DNA of 64,000 nucleotides from Nemertoderma westbladi (lineage: Eukaryota > Animalia > Xenacoelomorpha), in contig JAUCBJ010008172.1 in NCBI GenBank assembly GCA_032718475.1, forward strand, positions 9,601 through 73,600. The letters are read 5' to 3'. Made by a program: the position numbers and the translations under genes. Shown piece by piece: positions 51,401-62,600 of the stretch. Each line of letters opens with the position of its first letter. The first letter of the stretch is position 1. The notes beneath the pieces are model-generated. The model worked only from the letters and a program-made list of their open reading frames with translations, was not told the DNA's origin and searched no databases.

Positions 51401-52524
51401 AGGGGTCTCTAGCACAGGAGTGGCTTTGGGAACGACAGGCCTAATTATTTCAGGCTCATCAACTATTGCTTTTGACCGAGTCTTTTGACCTTAATAATTT
51501 GGTCTGTGGGTTCTGTACTACCTAAGTCTGTGCTAGCTAGTTGTCTTCTAACAGCTGGGGGCAAATCAGGCAATTTGTGACGGTGAGATGTTTTTCTACG
51601 CCTGCTTAGACGAGAACTATTTCCTCCGCCTTCAGGATCGGTGGTTTCGCCTTCCTCCGATGATGTGTATTCTTGGCGTTTGGGAGTAGATCGACTCATC
51701 ATCTGCATTTGACTAGCAGTTAATTGTTTATTTATGTTGTCTTGCGTCTCTTGCAGATTTTCCAACTCCAGTTGGGTAGTCTCCTCAGACGCTCTCCGTT
51801 CTGCTTCTGCCACTGCCCTTGCCTCTGCTACTGCTGCTGCCTTTCGGTCCTCTATCCGTCTTTTCTTTACTTGTTCTTCCTGGACTCTAGCGAGGCGGAG
51901 TTTTTCATCAAATTTAGCTTGGTTTGCAGCTAACATTTCCGCATCGATTGAGTCCAACACAAGCTTGGTTCCTTCACTATTAGGGCGAAGTCCAGACAGT
52001 CGTCTCCTCAACTCTTCGTCTCCTAGGAATCGCTGATAGTCTGACAGATAAATATCAATAGCGTCTCTCTTTCGCGGCTCCCCCGCTGTCACTTCGCTTT
52101 CTTCTTGAGAAGAAGTGGCGTCGGTTGATTCTTCAAAGGTTGGCCGCTCATCATAAACCGTATCCGCCATCTTCGCTCCGCGTTCGGGTGTCCGCTCAAC
52201 AGTATCCGAACTACTGGAGCTATCGGGCCGCTGAGAACTAGGTTCTTGGCTAGGAGGTTGCTGCTGTTTGATAGCTGCTTCTTGATCCCGCTTGACTTGG
52301 GCCCGAGTGCTGATGATAGACCTACGCTGTTCTACTAGCCTAGGGTCTGACACTACTACTGTAGGGATGGCCTTTCTTACAATAGTAGGTGACTTAGACT
52401 TGGATCTAGGATGTTCTATACTTTGATCTTGGTCACAGATCCTTTTAATACGCTGTCTAAGTCTAATACTCATTCTAACACTTTCTAAGAGACTATCTGA
52501 CAGTGATTGGGTTGCGTCTGACAT
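48500..52524 (-). pseudogene. gag: E3 gag-protease-remnant fusion, frameshift near 51470 and ~550-bp internal gag deletion
   Basis: ORFs 51463-52524 and 48500-51415; same knuckles, LLDSGS and C-terminal RH/INT remnants as E2. Confidence 0.88.
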
Positions 52525-54774
52525 GTTTGTTTACACAGTTGAATGCCTACGGCTATAAATACAGTTAAAGTAAGTCTAGTAATTCAGTATCACTGTTAGC
52601 CTAATAATTAATTACCGATACTGCTACTCAGTGTAACGGGGTATATATATAAAATATATTAGAATACCGGTATGCTTATAGTATATATAAGTATTATTTC
52701 AGACTAGACTTATCACAGAATACCGGTATGTAATTTCAGCACAAATATATAAAAATATATAATAGGCCTATCGTGAATACCGGTATACAGCTTACACTTA
52801 TAGTAGATATAAGTATAATTCTGGACTAGAATTAATTACAGAATACCGGTATAATTTCAGCCTAAATTTATAGAATAAATATAATAAGCCTATTGTAAAT
52901 ACCGGTATGTCAATTATTTTAGAATAATTGAATTTCTGAAATTTTAGGGTTACGTACTTAGTTACTTTAATTTACTTGTTCACCGTTATTTAAGCAGTAG
53001 TCCAACTGATTTTAAGACCTAAGTGTTGTATAACAGGCCTACTATTTTATTAATAGATTTAGTGGATTTATATGTACCCGTATGAGGGGTTTTGTTACAA
53101 TATTGAAATAGATGTTATTATTTCTAGGAAGTAATCACTACATAAAAGCTGTGTGCTCTCAGTGAAGTGCTACTTATTGGACACTAAAACAGATAATTCT
53201 ACTTCCTAAGTTACTTATTTACGAATTACTTACGATACGGGTGAGATTAATTCTCTAACTAAACACAACAAAATATTACGTACGAAATTTTAGGGTAATT
53301 TTACAGGGAAACTACAAACCAGTCTAACAAAGGGTTAGAACTTCTGGTTATTACAACGGACAGGATACTACGGTATTTGAAAATAATAAGTAGTAGTAAA
53401 TACACTGTGTTGTCCAGATAGGAAAATACCACCGTCTGACGACCTATAGCCGTATCGCTATAGGTACTACGTTATGTATCACGGAGTGTCCCTACCTAGA
53501 AGTTAATTACCGCGGACTACCAGATCCAACGTGCCTATTAACCACTTTACAACACAATACACTGCCCACACACTAATTACTTTCGGAAAGCACTGTACAC
53601 CAAACCCTAAATTAGGTAGAAGTACTTATTAAACAGATAACTAGCAGTTAAATATACTTGAACAGTTAAAAGAACCACGGCATCTGCTGGAGTGACCAAA
53701 GCACAAAATCTCCGGTCTTTACCTACGCCAAGCAGCCCGTGTAGTACCGGGGTTAATTTAACTATAACGGTATGTATAACAAGCACAATTACTGTAGGAA
53801 TAAACTTGGGGACATGAATGTTGCGAATAATCGCATAAACTCTGAATAATAAATATTACGCTACCCGTACAGAATACTCAAACAAAATCCAAACCAAACG
53901 CTGGCAGACTACTATCAAGCCTAAATAAACTACAGTATGTGCAGATTCCAAAATGGTTAGTTAGTATGCGTTCTAACACGGTAGTACGACTTATTCTTTA
54001 GAAGGGGGTTGACCTTACAACTCAAGATGCCCCAACTTACTAACTGGCACTTTATCGGACAGACTCTACACACGCCACAATCTCTCCAGACCCAACAACA
54101 GCCAGACAACAATCCAGCCTACAAAATATCTGAGTAATAACTATTACGGTACCTGAACAGACCACACAAACAAACACAGGCTAAAACACTGGCAGACTAC
54201 TATCAAGCCTAAATAAACTACAGTATATGCAGATTCCAAAATGGTTAGTTAGTATGCGTTCTAACACGGTAGTACGACATATTCTTTAGGAGGGGGTTGA
54301 CCTTACAACTCAAGATGCCCCAACTTACTAACTGGCACTTTATCGGACAGACTCTACATGCACTGCAATCCGTTCAGACCCAACAACAGTCAGAACCACA
54401 GTTCAGCCTACAAATTATCTGTACAATCTGAGCAGGGTTACACGCCTTCTGCTCAATATTAGCCTACTAGTAAATAAAACTGACAGAAATAGACCTATGT
54501 AAAATCCCAATAAAAACCAGGCGTCCCCGATTTAATATCGAGACCTACCGGTATATAATTATCAAAATCGAATAATACTGCTATACCTGTACTGCTGTAA
54601 GTACCGGTCCGGATGATCAGGCAGTCAGGCCTACAGATTACCGGTCGACCGGTACTTTAGTCTTGATCGCTTACGCCGCAATCAAGATCCTACAAACGGT
54701 TATTGTTCTTACCAGAACAATATTAAACTGTATTTATTGCCTACACTGCAATCAAGAATTTTACAAACTCTTAT

Positions 54775-56002
54775 TGTTCGCGCTTTTAAGACCTTTGGCA
54801 GTTTAACCCGCCAAATCTATATGTCTTCTAGGTTATAAATCTACTCCAGCCTATGACAAGTATTGAACACCTATAATAATTCTAACATTATCCAAAGCCA
54901 GTCTGTGCGCGACCATTCACCCGCTGGATATACCCGGGAGACTGGATTTGGATGCTTTAATTTGATTGCGGTGCAGGCCTACCATACTATTCGATTGATA
55001 GTTAATATATAATCTCTGACAAATATTATTCACTTTCGGGAAATATTAGCAGTTCCTTTAGGACGTGGCGCTCTATCAATTTAAACAGAGCTATGTCTTA
55101 CACTATACACAACAGTATGTCTTATAGATCACCAAAGTGCATTCTTTAGGAAATGCTTTGTTACTCGGTCAAGCACACACAGACTATTGCACACAACTGC
55201 ACACTGAATTGCCGACATTCACTGATTTTAATCATATATAAAGAGAATAACAACCGACATTTGTAGGGCCTATTAAGTAGCATTGAACTCACTACAAACC
55301 ACGATAATGTATGTCGCAAATTGTTATATGTAACCGGTCTCTCTAACCTTAGTGTATCAAGAAGATTGGGTTTTCGGATCGTTATCAATATTCTTCCCAA
55401 TAATAATATGTAAACGAACGATACAATTAACAACACAGTAAATAGCAGTAAATAATGCGGCGAAAAGCAGTTTACATCAGGGTGCTTAATCAGATGCCGA
55501 GGTGCTGTACCAAAACCGAGTTAACCGAGACCGAGACCGAGTTGACCAAGATAACAGTTTGATGATCTTATAATTAAAGACCGGTGTTCTAGGCGTGGGG
55601 GAAACGTCAGTACTGAATCCTGTAATTCTGCTGTACAGCTTTTACACAAAGAGGGAATCTCTGATTGGTCGAATGGCAAAAAGCTCCACGTGGATACAGC
55701 TGATAGATGTCGTCATTTTGAGCTGAGCAGAACAAAGAACCAAGGCAAGGCTCCGGGCAAGCTACACGTGTAAAGCTCAGCCATTAGCTGTCGTCATAGT
55801 AACGACACTGTTTCAAGAGGATCTAGGGCGTTGCGTCATAGAATTGCTAATCATGTCCTCTAAAGTACACATACAGAATAAATAACTTTTATGTCCCCTA
55901 AAAACACCGGTACAGCAATGACACGGCCTTTTATGCCTGCTAAACCAACTACAGAGTACTTTACGGGGAAAATAACCGGGCAATTCCGCAAAAGCTTTTA
56001 CA
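54775..56002 (-). repeat. 5' LTR of E3 (1228 bp)
   Basis: Sense TGTAAAAGCTTTTGCG...GCGCGAACA. Confidence 0.95.
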
Positions 56003-56177
56003 GATATGTTATATAATGGTATGAATACAGCAGTAAATAACAACCCAAAGACCATACAGACACCCCCCCCCCCCCAAACACTGATAGAATAATGATACCA
56101 ATAGAAAATCCCAGAACTAGAGTAACGGAAGCAACTAGCTTTCAATAGGCTACAAGAGGCATACTGCACAAGAAATA

Positions 56178-57355
56178 TGTAAAAGCTTTTGCGGATATAA
56201 TCAGTCCCCTTGCCCGCAAAGTACCGTGTGGGTGTTTTAACGGACATAAAAGTTGTTTTTCTATATGTGTGCTTTGGAGGACATGGCAAGATACAAAATC
56301 CGCAATGCGCCAAATCCTCTAGCACAGTGTAGCCTTGATGATTCAGATTACGACATCTAGCAGCTGGTTGCTGGCATGGAAACGGCCGTTGGACACATGG
56401 TTCTTTGTTCAGCTTAACAGCCAATCAGAGCGATTTTTACTTCAGATGTGGAGATATTCTACAGATCGTACTAGGCGTGTTCAGTCTTAGTGTTATAGTT
56501 TTTGTTGTTTCTATCTAGGCCAAGAACACCGGCTCTAGAGTCAATTCGTTTCAGACTTTAGAAGAAACATTAGTAGGCTTAGATTATAGAGCGTATAACT
56601 GTTATCAGTCTTATCAGCGGTCCAGCGGTACAATCTTACATTGTTATAATCTTAACCTACCGTCTTAATGCTTTTACTGTTGTTATTATTTGTATCAGTT
56701 GGTTGAATATTACTTGGAGAACATCGATAAATAACCCAAATTTCCCAATTTTCTTGATACACTACAGGTTAGAGAGACAGGTTACATATAGCGATTGCGA
56801 CTTATATTATCGTGGTTTGTAGTGAATTTAATGCTATTTGATAGGCACTACATGAGTCAATTGCTGTTCTCTTTATGTATGATAAAATTCATTGACGGTC
56901 GGCAGATTAGTGTGCAGTATTGTGCGGTACCGGTAGTGTGCATGATTGTGGCTGATAACTAAGCATTTCCTAAAGAATGCGCCTCATACGTGAATCATAA
57001 GCCTTACCTTCTTACCGTTGTGTTTAGTATAAGTCATATCTCCGTTTACCTAGATAGAGCGCCACGTCCTAAAGGAACTGTTAATATTTCCCGAAAGTGA
57101 ATAATATTCGTCAGAAATTATTTATTAACGATCAATCGAATAATACAGTAAGCTTACACTGCAATAAAATCTAAGCCCTCCGAATCCAGTCTCCCGGTAT
57201 ATCCAGCGGGTGAATGGACGTGCACTAGGCTGGCTCCGGCTAATGTTGTGTTTATTGGTATTAAATACTTGTCATATGTTAAAGTCTATTTATAAACCAA
57301 AAGACATATAAATTTTGGCAGGTTAAACTGCTAAAGGTCTTCAAAAGCGCGTACA
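56178..57355 (+). repeat. 5' LTR of E4 (1178 bp)
   Basis: TGTAAAAGCTTTTGCG...AAAGCGCGTACA, homologous to the E2 and E3 LTRs. Confidence 0.88.
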
Positions 57356-57367
57356 ATAACAGTTATA
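57356..57367 (+). promoter_or_regulatory. Non-tRNA primer-binding site of E4, complementary to 56594-56605
   Basis: ATAACAGTTATA is the exact reverse complement of TATAACTGTTAT inside the LTR. Confidence 0.78.
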
Positions 57368-57420
57368 TTATTTATTGCAGTAAGCAATAAAGTTGAAAGT
57401 ACCGGTCGACCGGTAAACCT

Positions 57421-57620
57421 GAACCGGTACTGCTGTAGGTCCGTAGGCCCAACTGCCAGAATCGGTACTGCTGTAGGTCCGTAGGCCCAACTGCTTGAAT
57501 CGGTACTGCTGTAGGTCCGTAGGCCCAACTGCTTGAACCGGTACTGCTGTAGGTCCGTAGGCCCAACTGCCAGAATCGGTACTGCTGTAGGTCTGTAGGC
57601 CCAACTGTCCTAACCGGTAC
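57421..57620 (+). repeat. 38-bp tandem repeat, about 5 copies, in the E4 leader
   Basis: GAA(C/T)CGGTACTGCTGTAGGTCCGTAGGCCCAACTGC(CA/TT). Confidence 0.9.
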
Positions 57621-59678
57621 TTCCAGTATAAGTACATTAGTATTATTCGATTTTGATTATTGTATACCGGTAGGTCTTAGTACTTAATCAGGGAACGGCC
57701 GCCCTGGTTTTTTATTGAGATTTTACTTATTTCTGTCGGTTTTATTTACATGTAAGTTAATATTGAGCAGAAGACGTGTAAGTCTGCTCAGATTGTTCAG
57801 ATAATTGTAGGCTGGACTGTTGTCGGACTGTTGTTGGGTCTGGAGAGATTGCGGCGTGTGTAGAGTCTGTCCGATAAAGTGCCAGTTAGTAAGTTGGGGC
57901 ATCTTGAGTTGTAAGGTCAACCCCCTCCTAAAGAATAAGTCGTACTACCGTGTTAGAACGCATACTAACTAACCATTTTGGAATCTGCATATACTGTAGT
58001 TTATTTAGGCTTGATAGTAGTCTACCAGCGTTTTAGCCTGTGTTTGTTTGTGTGGTCTGTTCAGGTACCGTAATAGTTATTACTCAGATATTTTGTAGGC
58101 TGGATTGTTGTCTGGCTGTTGTTGGGTCTGGAGAGATTGCGGCGTGTGTAGAGTCTGTCCGATAAAGTGCCAGTTAGTAAGTTGGGGCATCTTGAGTTGT
58201 AAGGTCAATCCCCTCCTAAAGAATAAGTCGTACTACCGTGTTAGAACGCATACTAACTAACCATTTTGGAATCTGCACATACTGTAGTTTATTTAGGCTT
58301 GATGGTAGTCTGCCAGCGTTTGGTTTGTATTTTGTTTGAGTATTCTGTACGGGTAGCGTAATATTTATTATTCAGAGTTTATGCGATTATTCGCAACATT
58401 CATGTCCCCAAGTTTATTCCTACAGTAATTGTGCTTGTTACACATACCGTTATAGTTAAATTAACCCCGGTACTACACGGGCTGCTTGGCGTAGGTAAAG
58501 ACTGGTGACTTTGTGCTCCGGTCACTCCAGCAGATGCCGTGGTTCTTTTAACTGTTCAAGTATATTTAACTGCTAGTTATCTGTTTTTAATAAGTACTTG
58601 TACCTAATTTAGGGTTTGGTGTACAGTGCTTTCCGAAAGTAATTAGTGTGTAGGCAGTGTATTGTGTTGTAAAGTGGTTAATAGGCACGTTGGATCTGGT
58701 AGTCCGCGGTAATTAACTTCCAGGTAGGAACACTCCGTGATACATAACGTAGTACCTATAGCGATACGGCTATAGGTCGTCAGACGGTGGTATTTTTCCT
58801 ATCTGGACAGCGCAACATATTTACTACTACTTATTATTTTCAAATACCGTAGTACCCTGTCCGTTGTAATAACCAGAATTCTAACCCTTTGTTAGGCTGG
58901 TTTGTAGACTTCCTGTAAAATTACCCTAAAATTTCGTACGTAGTATTTTTGTTGTGTTTAGTTAGAGAATTAATCTCACCAGTATCGTAAGTAATTCGTA
59001 GATAAGTAACTTAGGAAGTAGAATTATCTGTTTTAGTGTCCAATAAGTAGCACTTCACTGAGAGCGCACAGCTTCTGTGTAGTGATTATTTCCCAGAAAT
59101 AGTAACATCTATTTCAATATTGTAACAAAACCCCTCATACGGGTATATACATATATATATATCTATTATAAATCAACTCAAAGGTTTATAAGCGAGTAGG
59201 CCTGTCATACAACAACTAGGTCTCAATATCAGTTGGACTACTGCTTAAATAACGGTAATAAAGTAAGTTAAAGTAACCAAGTATCCCTAAAATTTCAGAA
59301 ATTCAATTATTCTAAAATAATTGACATACCGGTATTTACCATAGGCTTATTATATTTATTTCTATAAATTTGGGCTGAAATCATACCGGTATTCTGTAAT
59401 TAATTCTAGTTCATAATTACACTTATATATACTATAAGTGTAAGCTGCATACCGGTATTCACAATAGGCCTATTATATATTTATATATATTTGTGCTAAA
59501 ATTATATACCGGTATTCTGCGACAAACCTAGTCTACAATACTTATATATACTATAAGTGTATACCGGTATTCTAATATACTGTAATAAATTACCGGTACT
59601 AGGCCAACGGTCATACTGAATTACTAGACTTGCTTTAACTGTAACTATAGCAGTAAGCATTCAACTGTATAGCTAAGC

Positions 59679-62600
59679 ATGTCTGACACTAAGCAAAACC
59701 TGTCAGACAGTCTAATCGATACAACCATCTGTGACACAGATAGGAGGGTGGAGCGATTAAGAAAAGGGTTCAGCTCACCTCCTACTGAAAGAAAGGTCAT
59801 CCCTCCAGTAGTAGTATCAGACCCTAGGCCAATCCAACACCGTAGGTCTATCATCGGCACTCGGGCCCAGGTCAAACGGAACCAAGAAGCAGCTGTCCAA
59901 CAGCAGCAACATCCTAGTCAAGAAACTCGTTCCCAGCGACCCGATAGCTCCAGTAGTTCGGATACTGTAGAGCTGACCCCCGAACGCGGAGTGAAGATGG
60001 CGGATACAGCCTATTCGGATCCCCTTCTCACTCTTCCTGCCGCAGTACTAACAACGATATTGATTGCGGTGGAGGAACACCAAGTCGATTGGGCGAGAAG
60101 TAAGCGAGCGACCCAAGATAGTTATGCGGGATACGCCAGGGAAGAATTGATGTCTATTGTCGAGTCACAATGGAACTTTCCCGGACCCGGATCCCCGTTA
60201 GACTTATCTGAAGCTACCTGGGAAGACATACACAGGATGGGAGTGACTAAAGATACGATGGATCCAGCTGTTTGGAAGAGGTCGGCAGCAGGATATGTGC
60301 AGGGATTCTTCGGCTCCTTAGAGCGATTAGAAGAACAACTGTTTCGACAACCCAAAGGACCTCGAGAGCAGGAAGAGCTGCTTTATCAAGTACGCGAAAG
60401 AACCCTACGCATTAGGCTAATCCTATCAGCCTTTGAGGAAACTTCCAAAAGAAGACAGGACACGTCACTGCAAGTTGCTGTCAAGACTTGGTTCCAGCGG
60501 GTAGGTCTCAAAGTTCAAGAAACGGCCCAGTGGAAATCCCAGCTGGCTGAGCGACCAACCTATGAAGAATCAACCGATGCCACCCTTTCTCAAGTGGAAA
60601 GCGAAGTGACAGCAGAGAGACCGCGAACGAGAGACGCCATCGACATCTATCTGTCAGACTATCAACGTTTCTTAGGTGATGAAGAGTTGAGGAGACGACT
60701 GGCTGGACTTCGCCCCAATAGTGAAGGAGCCAAGCTTGTGTTGGACTCAATCGATGCGGAAATGTTAGCTGCAAACCAAGCTAAATTTGATGAAAAACTC
60801 CGCCTCGCTAGAGTCCAAGAAGAACAAGTAAAGAAAAGATGGATAGAGGACCAAAAGGCAGCGGCCATGGCAGAAGCAGAAGCGGAAAGAAAGGCGGCAA
60901 AGGCAGTGGCAGAAGCAGAACGGAGAGCGTCTGAGGAGACTACCCAACTGGAGTTGGAAAATCTGCAAGAGACGCAAGACAACATAAATAAACAATTAAC
61001 TGCTAGTCAAATGCAGATGATGAGTCGATCTACTCCCAAACGCCAGGGATACACATCATCGGAGGAAGGCGAGACCACCGATCCTGAAGGCGGAGGAAAT
61101 AGATCTCGTCTAAGCAGGCGTAGAAAAACATCTCACCGTCACAAATTGCCTGATTTGCCCCCAGCTGTTAGAAGACAACTAGCTAGCACAGACTTAGGTA
61201 GTACAGAACCCACAGACCAAATTATTAAGGTCAAAAGACTCCCTACGATAGTCGATGAGCCTGAAATAATTAGGCCTGTCGTTCCCAGAGCCACTCCTGT
61301 GCTAGAGACCCCTGTACTTCCAGAGCTTAACTCTAAATTCCCTTTACACAGTACTACACTGCCTGTACCCGGTAGAACAGTCCATGAGAAAATCCCTGTC
61401 CTGGACGCTGAGAGAGAAATCAAAGATTTGTCTCCCATCGTCCCGCGTCGGCCCGCTACAATGTTGGCGACTCCCGCTTCGGCGGTTGAGTGGGTAGAGG
61501 AGGGACGGCGGGGGATGAATCTCCTGCTCGGACAGATGCAGGAGACTGTCCACCAACTTAAGGGAACAGTAAGGGAAAGTAGGGTAGAATTCCAAGAAGT
61601 GCAGCAAAGCATCGCGCTAGAACGCGACAAATTAGTCAATATACAAAAGGGTATACCAATACCCCCAGTAACATTGTGTCAACCTGTTAGGTCTGAAGTA
61701 TTACATGCGCAAGGTGTGGAGCCTACACGCATCTATACTGCTAGTGAAGTAGAAACTCCTATAGCAAACCCTTTTAAGGGTGATTATAAACCTGTTGTTA
61801 ATGATATTCCCTATAGACCTGATAATAATCCGAGAAATTTATATACCGATGATTCGATATTAAATAACACGATGGCCCAAGAAAGCTTTACGCGTCAGAT
61901 GGCTAGAACAGAAGCCCGCCAAGCGGTCAAAGTGGGAGAGATCGTCAAATTCAATGGAGATGAGATGAAATGGTTACCTTTCAATGAATATTACAAAGAT
62001 AGCATACAGAACTCTGTACTATCTAACGGAGAGAAACTTAGATTCCTCATCAAGTGCTTGGAAGGACCTCCCAAGTTAATGGCGTTAAAGTTTATTGGAC
62101 ATCCAGATGGATTAAGACAAGTTTGGGATACATTAAACATCAGGTATGGTAACAAGGATAACATAGCGAAGTATTTGTATGCAAAATTAGTAGCCCCCCG
62201 AAACTTCCTTAGTAGCGGGATTATAGAGTTTTCCGATGAGATTCAGGAGATCTGTAGACAATTGGACTGGTTAGGTAAGTCTCATGAATATCAGAGTTCC
62301 ATGGTTATTGGAGCCGTAGTCTCTACTTTACCAAAGGGTGGAGTATGTACACGCTGGGACAAGAAAGTGTTGTATATGAATGAGCAGCAACGACGAGGCC
62401 CTACCATGGCTGATCTCATGTCCTTCTTATATGGTGAAGTAAAACTACAACTCATAAAGCAGTCCAGAGAGAAAACATCGGAAAATAAGGTAAGTGAGAA
62501 ACCCGTTTCTAGGAGAAGAGTAACACCAGTGTGTTACACTGACGACGGCGAAAGCCAAGCTTCTCAAGAAGAGGACAGCGGAAAAGACACTGACAGATTT

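Larger units (their letters stand above)
44269..56002 (-). mobile_element. Non-autonomous Bel/Pao LTR element E3 (same family and same pol deletion as E2)
   Basis: LTRs 44269-45524 and 54775-56002; TSD GATAT at 44264-44268 and 56003-56007. Confidence 0.95.

Noticed and set aside
57055-57245. HDV-like, hairpin or hammerhead ribozyme in the LTR
   Set aside because: Only partial resemblance; I could not build a full catalytic core by eye
57421-57620. CRISPR array
   Set aside because: Contiguous tandem units with no unique spacers, inside an LTR element leader
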